64,000 nucleotides of DNA. It comes from Macrostomum lignano. Taxonomy: Eukaryota. The notes beneath the pieces are model-generated. The model searched no databases and had not been told where the DNA came from. It saw only the letters and a program-made list of their open reading frames with translations. Made by a program: the position numbers and the translations under genes. Where the stretch lies: the NCBI GenBank assembly GCA_002269645.1, contig NIVC01000075.1, forward strand, positions 195,760 through 259,759, given 5' to 3'. Positions 1 to 12,300 of this stretch are shown in pieces (within the stretch, counting starts at the first letter, position 1; every line of letters starts with the position of its first letter).

Positions 1-411
<411 letters not shown>

Positions 412-1268
412 CGAGTACCAAAGAATGTTAAGATTTTCCATAAACGTCCATGGTTGATAGGCTAATTATTTTATGGTTTAAGCGTATCCCTAGGCCTAAG
501 CCTTCAGAGAGTCGCAGTATTTCAGCAATTACCGGCATGCGAAACAGTTTTTCGTAAACCCAGCCCAAATGAGTCAGTGATTTCAGAAATTTAATTAATT
601 CTGCCATTATCCTTTACATGTTAGCCATTTTAATTTGTTTTTTGTTAAAACGGTTTTGGGGTTAAAAAATCTTTCGTCAATAATATTTTAAGCAACTACT
701 AGTATGTAACGACGTCGTTAGCACGTTAAATTTTTAGTTTTAGTTTTAGTTTAGTTTTCTATCTGAGTTTTTATTACTTAAAATTATTGTAGTTGATTAA
801 TTTGCCGGTTCTCCAGCTATTTATTTAATGTAATTTATTTAGAGAAAAATGTACTTCAAGTTTTATTTATTTAAGTCCAAGTTATTATTACTTTTTTTGA
901 TAGACATCTTAGGTTTAAATGAATCGGATTTCCCCGCCAATTCAAATGTTGCCTCGCGCTCGTTTATTGTACTTTCCTCAACTCGGCGTTTTGTCTCGTC
1001 CCTGCGTGTTAACACTACTAATAATTGAACTAGCTAACTAATAAATAAATAATTAATTAATAATTAAATAATCGCTGACTACATCTCGAACTCGCTACGT
1101 CAACGTCACAAGTAGTATGCGAGTAGTCGGGTTACGATGAAAAGGAATTTTCGACATGCATATGCTATTTAGCAAGTTTTTGGTCGATTGCAATTAGGTG
1201 GTTGAAAGTTATTATAGCAAAAAAATCGAAGGTGAAACTAATGCAGGCTCTAAAACTGGGTTTTATTA

Positions 1269-1687
1269 CGAGAGGTATTTCAAAAGTTCGTAGAAAAGCC
1301 GTCTTTGCATAAACCTATAGCCTTGAAACTTTTCACAAATACTATTTCATATATCTATAGCCTGCAGCTAGATTTTCAGCAAAATTGATTGAAATGGCCA
1401 CCAGAAATCTGCCATCAAACTCTGAACCCCCCCCACTGCATTTCCTGCGTTCTCCAAGGAGCAGTCAAGAGCCATAATGCTGTTCCTGTTTCGTCGAGGC
1501 TCTAGCGCAAATGAAGCTGCTTTTAGAAGTTGCTTTGATAGCTGGCTGCAGCGCATGCGAACGTGCATAGAAATTGGTGGCGATTACGTTGAGAGATCAG
1601 ATTAAGATGCTGATTAATGTGTTGCAACCTGCTTTTTGATAACTGCTTGCTTTCTATCACTTTCTACGAACTTTTGAAATCCCCTCG
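1269..1687. mobile_element. Tc1/mariner-type MITE
   Basis: ~28-bp TIRs CGAGAGGTATTTCAAAAGTTCGTAGAAA / TTTCTACGAACTTTTGAAATCCCCTCG, flanked by TA on both sides (1267-68, 1688-89). Confidence 0.8.
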
Positions 1688-1831
1688 TATGTATGCATAA
1701 AACATGATTGCACAGCGGAGTCTTTGTTAGAGTTTCTTCAATGCAGTCGAGTAAGTCATGCAGGTTTTAATATGCATTAAGTACCTACTGTGCCGTGCTC
1801 ATAGCAACAACACAACATCCTGAAACAACAG

Positions 1832-3252
1832 GGACGAGCTGAAGATGATCACCTCGCCAGAGTCGGACAGAAACCTTTTCATTTTCAACGGCTTTGAGCA
1901 TCTGAAGCCTTGGGCTGAAAAATTCTCATCGCGGCTCTGCATGGAGTTGAAGCCTCCGAGCCCGAAGTTGTGCGACGCTGATGTTCAGTTAATGTCAATC
2001 TCGCCCTGCAAGTCTGAGAAAACGCAATCCTCTACAGTAAAATTCAAGTACAACACTGCTAAAAAGTGCATTAAGCGTTTTAGAAACGAGATCAATACAG
2101 GTTGCAGTAAGTTTCATTCTAGCGTTTTCATTTTATTCTAATCTTCTTAAAGAGTTGCTCTAAATTTGCTAATGCTACTTCAGAGTTGTTCAACGGTTTT
2201 TTAATCTTTGCAAAAAATCCCAGATAAGACTCTCGGCGAAAAGACACCGGAGCTTCAAACATCAGCGGTCATGGATTCATGGGACTGCAGTGCTAGCTAA
2301 TGCTAAAACACTGAGTGCACCTTCCTCAGTTGAGCTTACAAAATGCACTTAAACGCCGAACCAAACTTGCAGAGACCACCCGCGTCGACCCGATTGACGG
2401 CAGCGACCACCTGGAAGGCGAGTCTTGGACCAACATGTGCCACGAGTTCCGCTGCGATTCGAGCGGCAATACAATCCTGCCAACCTCAGTTAAGAGTAAG
2501 TTTCTGAGCACAGCTCTTCGTCCCTTCCAGCGCCGCACTAATTCGCCTCAGTCACTGCATGTCTGCCAGCCCTCTCTCAGTCACTGCATGTCTGCCAGCC
2601 CTCTCTCAGTCACTGCATGTCTGCCAGCCCTCCCTCAGTCACTGCATGTCTGCCAGCCCTCCCTCAGTCACTGCATGTCTGCCAGCCCTCCCTCAGTCAC
2701 TGCATGTCTGCCAGCCCTCCCTCAGTCACTGCATGTCTGCCAGCCCTCCCTCAGTCACTGCATGTCTGCCAGCCCTCTCTCAGTCACTGCATGTGTGCCA
2801 GCCCTCCCTCAGTCACTGCATGTCTGCCAGCCCTCTCTCAGTCACTGCATGTGTGCCAGCCCTCCCTCAGTCACTGCATGTCTGCCAGCCCTCTCTCAGT
2901 CACTGCATGTCTGCCAGCCCTCTCTCAGTCACTGCATGTCTGCCAGCCCTCCCTCAGTCACTGCATGTCTGCCAGCCCTCCCTCAGTCACTGCATGTCTG
3001 CCAGCCCTCCCTCAGTCACTGCATGTCTGCCAGCTCTCCCTCAGTCACTGCACCCGGCCAGCTCCGCAACAATCCAGTTGCTAGGCCGTCCACCACTCGC
3101 CCATTCCAGAATGCGTTGCTGCCGACTTCAGCTGCAAGCCGATTGGCGCGGCGCCGTTTCGCTGCAGAAACATCGACGGCGAGAAGAGAGAAAACTGCCA
3201 GTGCATCGACAAGGACGGCGAGGCCATGCTGGTGGTCGACAACCCCAACTGA
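1832..3252 (+). CDS. g0: last three exons (1832-2106, 2373-2495, 3110-3252) of the secreted double-vWA / Cys-rich protein; 5' part is upstream of the window
   Basis: AG/GT sites with matching phases. Exon sizes 275/123/143 nt are identical to g2. The terminal exon reads CVAADFSCKPIGAAPFRCRNIDGEKRENCQCIDKDGEAMLVVDNPN*. Confidence 0.85.
2547..3052. repeat. 29-bp minisatellite (CTCAGTCACTGCATGTCTGCCAGCCCTCC)n, ~17 units, intron 6 of g0
   Basis: Period 29 read directly; lies between donor 2496 and acceptor 3109. Confidence 0.97.
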
Positions 3253-3849
3253 CAGGCAGACAGTCAGCTGATTGGTATCGCGGCCCTCGAATCAAGCTGG
3301 AATAATCGGTGGCTTGCTGTGTGAAAGAAGGACTTGTCCGTTAACAGTCGAAGTTACTTGTTGATCTGATGTTTATATACTTATGAGCAGCCCCTGATGC
3401 GTCTCATCACACCTTTATAAAATTTATTAGTCTGTGTTTTGTGTTGGCTTTATTATTAATCGCCAATTAATTCTGCTTCTCATCTACACCGAATCGATGC
3501 GTCTCAAAACTCAAGCAATCGAACCTCTGTTATTAACTTAGCCTGAATGCTGTGCGCCTGATGCGACTACAAATCGAATTACAAATGTATCTAAGCTTGA
3601 GAAAAAACCGGACCGATTAAATGGAAAGTTTTGCACAATACCGAAAAATTATTTATATATTAGTGCTTGTTACTTTGCATCAGCTGTAAACTATGGTATC
3701 GAAAGTTTAACTACAAAACCACATTGAGACTTTTAGAATTCAGAATTTTAGTGCAATGGGTAAGTCAAAACTTGAGTTATCTCTTGCTTTGTTTGTCTTT
3801 GGCAAAAGCTACTTTCAGTGTTACTGAAACGCGTCTATGGAGGATTCTC

Positions 3850-4446
3850 TATGCCGCGAGTTCTCGGAGGGCGTCGACGAACTGGCTGACTGGCTCACCT
3901 GGCATCTGGGAACGCGACTTGAGCTTGTAGCGGTTGCTGATTGTGCTGTGCGACTGACCGAAGATCGTTGTCAGTGCAGCCACCAGCTTGTCAAACGTAT
4001 CAACGCTCGTCGTGGCAGATTCCTCAGCGCGTAGACTCTCTGGCCTTCCTCGCCTAGCAGATGAACGAGAATCGCCTTCTTGCGTGCATCCGATGCTTCT
4101 TTTAGGTCCAAGGCCTCCAGGTAGATCTTGAATCCTTCGATCCAACGATTCTAAGGCGTGTGTAGCTGTCCTGGGTGGGCGAGAAACACGCGTGGCTCGG
4201 AAATGCTCAGACTCGTCGCCATGTTGTACCTTGAGGCAGCATGGCTAAATGAATAAGATGCGAGAAGCGATTTCAAAGCCAAAGTTCAAAGTCACAAAGC
4301 CTTGAAAAGCCGGTGCGCACTTATATTGTAATTAAAAGCATGATTCAGCAAACACCAAACCCCCCACCCGGCGAGGCCGGTCTGGGCAGACGGACACCCC
4401 CCAGCCAATCAGAACGCGAGCACTCCCAACCGGCGTAAGCCGCATA
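3850..4446 (-). mobile_element. Ty3/gypsy LTR retrotransposon relic: LTR + PBS + degenerate gag 5' end
   Basis: On the minus strand the LTR ends ...TACAACA and is followed directly by PBS-like TGGCGACGAG (4221-4212). Gag-like peptides WNRWIEGFKIYLEAL..RKKAILVHLLGEEG and RYKLKSRSQMPGEPVSQFVDALRELA are broken by a stop and frameshifts. Confidence 0.8.
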
Positions 4447-5872
4447 CAAGGACTACTTAACAACTTAGGACGCTACACTCGCAAATGGTAGAAATTCTAG
4501 AAAAGGCCGCTTGATTTGGCTGTCTATGGTTTTTTAATAAGCCTTTTGGATAAAGAAGCAAGTACTAAGTGATAGATACGAGTAATTATAAAAGTTTTGC
4601 GCTATAATAATTATTTTTACAGTTATACAAACAATAAATATATGCAAATATTCCCAGCATAAGAATTGTAAATGACAATTGAAAAGTACGATATGCAACG
4701 AACCGGAAAACTCCGGACATAACTGTATAAGGAAAACATAGACGGCTATAACAAAGTTTGAAAATATACAGGTGTTTGAAAGAAACATTCAGCTAGGCTT
4801 CAGTTTGCGGAGTCAGCGAGAGCAAACGGTGGTTGATTGTCTGGACGTCTCGGAATCTCTGCGCACCATGCCTTTATAGATGGAGTTGGCCAGTCTTCGA
4901 GACACTCCATGCAGCAGATCTCGGTCCAGTTGAACATCAAAAAAATTTCGAAGATTTTCTCAAATACAAGCACGGAACTGCTAACACAACGCTGCCCAGA
5001 ACCAAGAGAATGGGCATAACAGAAGCAGGCAAAGACAACTAACCATTCAGGCGAATGGCTCAGTTTCCCTCGAGATACAAGCAGTGGAAGTATCCAGACC
5101 AGGCAAACTTGTTGCAATTGTTCGGTCAGGCAAATTTTCTTTGTGGGAAACGTAGCCACAAATGTAGTAAAGAGAGGCTTTCTTCGGTAGAAATTCGAGC
5201 AACGGATAAACTTAGCTCGTCAAAACTGACAGTCTCTTCATCGGTGACATCATGCTGACAACATGCTGATGGCGAGTGATCTGGTGGCGAAGCGTGAAGT
5301 TGCGCATAGAGCTGTATGCGGCGGAGGCGAGCACTAGCCATAATCTGATCCACTGATATGTAATAGCAGCCTCCATGACCTTGACGATAAATTTTTACAA
5401 GCACATCGCGCCGATACGCCAAGACTGTGAAGTCGCTCTTAACTCGAACGGAGGACTTAACAGTGCGCTCATGAATGAGCAAAAAATCGACTCGCAAATC
5501 CTGACATTTGAACAATCCAGCCTCCGGAGGTAACAAAATCCAGGCTTAAAGCTGACATAATGAATAGTGCCCACGAGACAACTCTGTCGACAGCATTGAA
5601 GGCAGTCAATTCATCAGGGGCCCTAGCTCTGTCGACTAACAGCACACCTCGCCGACCAGCATCTCTAGAGCGTCCTAAAATATTTGAAACAGGCTGATAC
5701 AACTTAGTAAGTAAACTAAGTACACAACCATTCATACTTACTTGAGACAGTCTGACGCAGGGAAGTCAATGAAAAATCTTTAAAGATTGCGGGTGGGTCG
5801 ATGGGGCGCGCGTGTATGGCGGTTAATACGTTTCAGTGGTGCATTTTCAGGCCAGTGATTTTTGCAAACTCC
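4447..5872 (-). mobile_element. P-superfamily DNA transposon relic, truncated (one TIR only)
   Basis: Starts CAAGGACTACTTAACAAC after GCCGCATA. Matches the complete copy at 39016-40917 up to position 40461. Transposase-like fragments RQGHGGCYYISVDQI and VSRGKLSH. Confidence 0.75.
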
Positions 5873-6099
5873 TTAATTACCCCCGCGGTAGAGCTTTTCC
5901 CTAGGCTGATCCCAGGCGAAACTAGCTCTCTCCCCCAACAACAACAAAAGCCATCTATACTAATAGCAGACCAGCATTTCGAGCATGGATCGGGCCCCAT
6001 GAACATCTGCATTATAGCAGAAATTTGATTTGCACAGAAACTACTCAATTACGAGCTACTTTCACTGTCAATTTAAAGCTCAGAATTCAAGTACAAAGG

Positions 6100-6324
6100 G
6101 TATGTAAAAACTTTAGTTGTTTATGGCAGTAAATATTTTACTTGCTTAGGTACGGTGAGACGCGTTTCTGTAACACTGAAAGGAGCTTTTGCCAAAGACA
6201 AACGAAGCAAAGGCTTCAATATAAGTACGAAAGTCAAAGGGACCAGCTTAAGCGATACTTCATAGAGTTTTAGCTGTGAAAGAAAAGCGTAGCTTACACT
6301 TGAATAATCAGCTCACAAATCGAA
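6100..6324 (+). promoter_or_regulatory. Conserved upstream block of the vWA genes with a TATA-like TATAAG (6220-6225)
   Basis: The block is conserved upstream of g1, g2, g3 and g4. TATAAG lies ~100 nt before the ATG. Function is inferred from position only. Confidence 0.45.
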
Positions 6325-9300
6325 ATGCTCTCCAACACTTATCCAAGATGCTGGAAGGTTCTTTCTGTCATTGCTCTCTTAATACTGGTGCATCAGATTG
6401 AGCTCAGCTGCTCGACAAGCCCCTGCATCAACCTTGACTTGGTGGTCGCAGTGGACACATCGTCTTCATGCTCTCAAACACAGTTCGACAGGCTGCTCTC
6501 AGATGTGAAGGCCTTGGTCTCTAAATTTCCAATCGGTCCGACAAAAACTCGACTGGCTCTGATCGGCATGTCGCAGACTGCGCAGGTTCTCGCCAACTTC
6601 GACGACGTGATGTCTCTGTCGGACTTCAACTCCGCGGTCGACAGGCTGACGATGAGTTCCGAACGAGCCGAAATCTCGAAGGGCGTCAAGCTGGCTCGAG
6701 AATCCGTACTCAACAAGGCCAGGGCTGCTCCGACTCCAAGACTCTTAGCTCTGGTGAAGGACAGGCAGTGCGCTGAGAGAATAACGGGATCGAGCGACGC
6801 GGAACTGGCTTCGATTAAGTCGGAAGTCGCAGTCCTGAAGTTGACGGGAAACGCAGTGCACGCAATCGGAATCGGTGGATTGTGGAACAGGTGATTAAAT
6901 TTTATTGTTTTTTCTTTAGCTCACATACAATTTGTTTTCATAGCTATATATAGTTTCAGTTGATGCCTGAACCCTGAAAGTCTTTATAGCACAGTTTTAT
7001 CATCCGTTAAAAAGCAACTTTTTTTAATAATGGTGCAGCCAGAAAGTTTATTTGAAGGATAAACCAACCCCACCCACTGAGAGAAACGACGTCGAAACGA
7101 CGTCGTCCCGCACAACGTGATGTTTTTACATCGCATGTATGTCGCAATGTCGTATTGATGCCGTATTCATTTTCATGTAGTATTCGTGCCGTGGCAGGCA
7201 ATTTTTCTCTTTCATTCGTTAAATTACTTTTTCGTTTGAACACGAACAGTACTAACTTAAAAAACGACAAAAAACGATAACAGTATGTCGTGGAATTCTT
7301 TGTAGCATTTAGAAGAGCATGAGATTGAAATCGCGCCAAGGCGTGTAAGAAAGTAAAGCAACAACTGTCTTTTAGCAACTGTCTATGGTTAAAACTGCGG
7401 TGATATCACTAGAAAACTAGAAGGGGTACGAAGAAAATAATTTATAAGTCCTCTTAAGTTTTTAGTCAGCTACTGCTCAAAAACATACAATTATATTCAA
7501 CGACATGACTGGTCGCCCTGCAGAACCTTCATTTAAAGTACCCCCTGGGCAAGTGCGTCCCGCACTGGAGCTGTGCAACATTAATTTCACAATGCGGGAG
7601 CTCGCTCGCCTTGGCGCGATTTCAATTTCATGCTTTTCTGAATGCTACGAAGGTTTCCACGACATGCTGTTATCTTTTTTGTCGTTTTAAGTTAGTACTG
7701 TTCGTGTTCAAACGAAAAATATATTTTACGAACGAAAGAGGAAAATTGCCTCGTGGCCTTAAATGCTATTTTAATCTATCTGCTGTTACTAAAGGTTGGT
7801 TGGAAGTTTCCTAAACCATAAAAGAAACTATCAAATACAAGTAGAATAGCTTGAAATATTTCTTTGCTAGAAAAAGATGGCTAAGGGCATCATTATTTAA
7901 ACTTCACTCGAACTCAAAATTACATGTAAAATGATAGACAAGCACACGATAGATAAATAATCAGCGGTCCCAGTGCGTGACAACGATTGTCTGGCGAGCA
8001 AGATTGTCCGCCGGTAGCGCGAGCCATAGACAATCGTTGTCACGCACTGCGACCGCTGATTCTTTGCATTGTTTTTCTGTTTGACGATCCTACAGACAAT
8101 GCATTGTTTGTAGTATGGATTGTTCTGCATTAAAATGTGAATAATGATCGTCGAATTGCTAAACAATGAACTTCTCTATGGGGAAATCACATAGAAAGTT
8201 GTAGAAAAACCGGTAAATTCCATTATTGTATAAGTATTAAAGTGAGTAAAGGAGTGTAGGTAAGATAGGCTAATCGTGTTTAAATATAATTGCACGCGAC
8301 TAACCGCGGAAGATGAATTACGAAAATATAAAATTTATATAATTTTCCCAGCTGACAGAATTAAACATAACAATGGTAAAAAGATAAAAATAGAGAAAAA
8401 TAGACAGACAGGAGGCGAGAGGAGACAGAGAGGAAAAATTTTGGTAACAGTAACAGTGATATTAGTAAACTAACTGCATATAAAATGAGAGACTTAGATA
8501 ACAGGGCACAATGAGATATTACCATAAGTATTATAGATTAGCTATGAACATATTGCACTGCAAAAGAAAACAGTGGCGCAACCAGGGGGGGGGGGGGCGG
8601 GGGCGCGGTGGCGGTCGCGCCCCCCTTAGGCGGAGATCCAAAAAAATCAAAGGGGGGAACAGAGCCACCCCTCCCGGGACTTTATCCTCCAGAATCCGAC
8701 CCCCCTCAAAAGTTTCTGGTTGCGCTACTGAAAGAAAAAGGAAAACTTTTTTTCGAAGACGGCTGTGAAGAAGGCGAAGAAAAAGCTCAGTTAATAAGAC
8801 ACAGCGAGCATTTTGTAAACTACACCTTTTCGCGTTCTATTTCGATAAAACTGCATTCAATTTCGGCAAACTCGCTTTCATTTTCGGCATCAGCTAATAG
8901 ACCATAGCCCATAGACCTAATTGGTTGTCAACCAAGGTATTGCAGTGACGAAGACAGACTAGGAGAATCGGCAGCGGGTGACAGGTAAGGATGCTGCGGT
9001 TGATGACAGGATATTTACTATGAGAACTGGAGTAACAGGTGGATCTTGCAAGTGGAAAACATCACATTGGAAAGCAATGCGGGCATGGCGACTGCAATGG
9101 CAGGGACTTGAGGAGCATGGATTTGCGTGGTTGAAGAGGATCCAACATCTGGACTGTGATGCGAAGAGAACAATTAGAGGAGAGAAAAGATTTGACCTGG
9201 AAGAGTGTGGCACCTGGGCAGCTTGCAGTGCATTGCTATTGTTGCGTCACTGTTCCACTTCATTCCTTCTCGCAAGTCGCTGATTCGCATCTAGCAGGTA

Positions 9301-12300
9301 CTGACCAATGCATGCCCCAATGGCTGCATCTGTCATTTGGGTGCTGATATCATTTCTGAAAAAAGTGATATTTAAAAGGCCTGCCTGTATACCGCTATGA
9401 ATTTTTCCAGCCAAATTTCTCTATTCTTTTCAAATTAGCATGTCAAAGAGTGTATGCTTTACAAATGTGACAGCTTAATATGTGGAAAAATTAATGTTTA
9501 TTAAATAGATAGTGTCATTAGAAGAAGTAAACTACTTATCAATGATACCAATGACCAATGAACAATGACCAATAGATAGATGTTGATTTTTTTGCTGTCC
9601 TAGACGAGAAGGGGTGGTTGTCTATTTTATCGCCCTTACATGAGATGGCAGTAAGTATTGCATTGGCTAGCTAATTTTAAATATAATTATAAGAGCATTA
9701 TGTATGAATACGAGCGTAGATACGAGCGTATAGTAGATGTTGATCTAAGGGGATAGGCTATATTTTTGTCCTAAAAGCCCCGTAACGACAACTACTTCCG
9801 TAAGTGTCCTCCGCTCTCACAAACATCTATTGGATGTTGGGCACTAAAGTACTTGGCGGGCCAGGGACCAGGGACTTGCACCCAGCATTTGTGCGAGCGT
9901 AGTTTTGGCACTCAAGTTGAACACCCATTTGTGGCTTAGTACCTAGAATAGCTTATTTAAACTTAAATTCGATTGTATAAGTGGGTTGAATTACATCCTG
10001 ACATAGTGGATAATATAACATGATGATTTAGCTCGCATCTTGTCGGCAAAATAAATTTTAGCCACGAACTGAAGGCCATTTTTGGAACCAACTACCTGCT
10101 CTTCAAGAACACAAACAAGGCTATGGAGTCCGCCAAGTCGCTAAACAACAAAGTTTGCCCGAAGCCAGCCTGCAAAAGCTCGGGTCGGACTGTGAAGCGT
10201 GAAACTTGCTTTGGAAAGTCGCAGCACGTATTAACGGTAAACGACAGTGCTTTCACTTCATCTGGCATGGAAGTCTGCAGACAGCAGATTGCTCGATCAT
10301 TTCAGTCTTGCGGTGAGTTACTCCATTTGCTGATTTCTTTCTCTCTGAGGGCTCAATTTTTACTCAAACGCAAAGACTTCTTGGGCCTTAGGGTTGGAAA
10401 AAATGAAAAGTTTTCTGATTTGCATAAAATTCCCAGTATACTTGTACGAGCGTAAATTGCAAATATGAGTAGTTTAACATGTACTTGAAGTAGAAAGTAA
10501 ACCAGCACACGAGGCACTACTAATAAAGGCGGACCATTAACTGTCTTGTCATTTAGTTGGTCTATTAGTTAATTTATTGCGGTTCACGTATATTACAGTG
10601 CAATTTTGAAGACGCGTTTGCCCACAAAAGTACTTCTTGTGGTGATACGAGCTATTGTCAACAGATTTTTATGGAAAGAATGACTGGATAGGCAAGGACC
10701 CTAGAGGCAAGGATGAGGCCAGAACAGAGTGCCCCTAAGCCGAGGTATCATCTAGGCCTGGAAGTGACTCTGGCCCAATATCGTTTGATCAACTAGACTG
10801 TCCGAGTTAACTGTGAAACTATGTGAACGAAATTCCGGGTCGGGGCAGCTTTAAAAACTGGACACTGCTTCGTAACAGCCGCTTGCTCTTTTGATGCAAC
10901 GAAGTATAAACAGCTATTTTTAGGTACTGTTAGCACCAAAGTGTCCTGTGACAGCGTTGGCGCGGTACTGGTAGGTGAAAACCCGCTAAAGAGTTGCGAG
11001 ATAGAGGTGCTGAAGGCCGAGCTCCGTGTGCCTTGTGTACTCTCTTCCCGGATCGTACCCGCTGAGCACGCTGCGTGGTTGTAACATCAGAATGTCATCT
11101 ATCCACTGAATCAGCTACAAATAAGCACGTTTACTGTTCCGACTGGCTGAACGCGCGAGAATCTCTTCCCGAGCGCTGTACCGAAACTTATGGCCTAATG
11201 GCCTTGGTGGGCGACAGCCCTTGTCTAGGTTCACCCTCTCCCGACTTTCCACTTTGGCGAGCTCTCCTGGCCCTCCAGTTTGGCCCTTGCCTAGGTTCAC
11301 CATCTCCCGACTTTCCACTTTGGCGCTCTCCTGGCCCTCCAGTTTGGCCCTTGCCTAGGTTCACCATCTCCCGACTTTCCACTTTGGCACTCTCCTGGCC
11401 CTCCAGTTTGGCCCTTGCCTAGGTTCACCATCTCCCGACTTTCCACTTTGGCGCTCTCCTGGCCCTCCAGTTTGGCCCTTGCCTAGGTTCACCATCTCCC
11501 GACTTTCCACTTTGGCGCTCTCCTGGCCCTCCAGTTTGGCCCTTGCCTAGGTTCACCATCTCCCGACTTTTTACGATCGATTACAACTTTTACTGTCCGC
11601 CTGTTGTAAACTTTATCTCTGTAATAACTCACGCGGACTCCACTGGTTGAGTAAGTTAGAACTTCTCGAGAAAAACTTGAGCGACTGCTAGTTAGCGCAC
11701 GCGTATATATATATTTAATAGGCACGACGTACATTAGTACACACGATACACGTACACGCGAGGAAGAACAATTAATGATGTGCATATACGAGCTACTTAA
11801 GCAAAGTCAACGTTCCCACGCAACCCTACACCCTCAAGCAACCTCAGATCAGTCCAGTGGCACTTTGTTACAATCTTAAGTGTTAGTTTATTCTTAGCCA
11901 CGAGCTAATTTGTCCCACTAGCAATTGGACACCTGTGGTCTGATGAAACTCAATTTAAAGAAGCACTGGTTAAAAGTTTACGGTAACGTGCTTATTTTGC
12001 GTAGCTGCTATTTAGAAGCTCTTAACAGTCGACCACTGGTTATAAATCACTAGTAAAACATTGCTTTTCAAGGTGGGATGAGAGAAGAAAGCTACGGGGT
12101 CAGGTCAGTCTAGAACAGAAAGCAGCATGCATGTGTTTTTTTTACCTCGGGATAAAACATAGAACTCGAGCGTACAGTAGTGTAGTAATGAGTTGAAACT
12201 CATTTGGCCCTAAACTACGGCGAGATGTAGCGAATGTAAAGTTTACAGCGTTAGGCTGATGTCCTAGCGAATATTCTTGATCTGCGAATAATCCCGAGAA

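Noticed and set aside
2315-3305. Long ORFs of PQSLHVCQPSLSHCMSAS repeats (also at 16.0-17.1, 23.8-24.8 and 50.1-51.1 kb)
   Set aside because: They are translations of the stop-free 29-bp intronic minisatellite, open in all three frames. The true last exon uses a different frame from those listed.
8940-9350. Possible LINE reverse-transcriptase relic on the minus strand (VKSFLSS..)
   Set aside because: Only a faint resemblance; no PQG or YADD motif could be recovered by eye.
10925-11095. Possible solo LTR (TGTTAG...GTAACA)
   Set aside because: The 5' part is homologous to ordinary intron sequence in g2; no TSD or convincing PBS.
11217-11570. 64-bp, 22-bp, 28-bp and 29-bp repeat arrays as possible CRISPR arrays
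   Set aside because: Contiguous repeats without unique spacers, no cas genes, and a eukaryotic intronic context.
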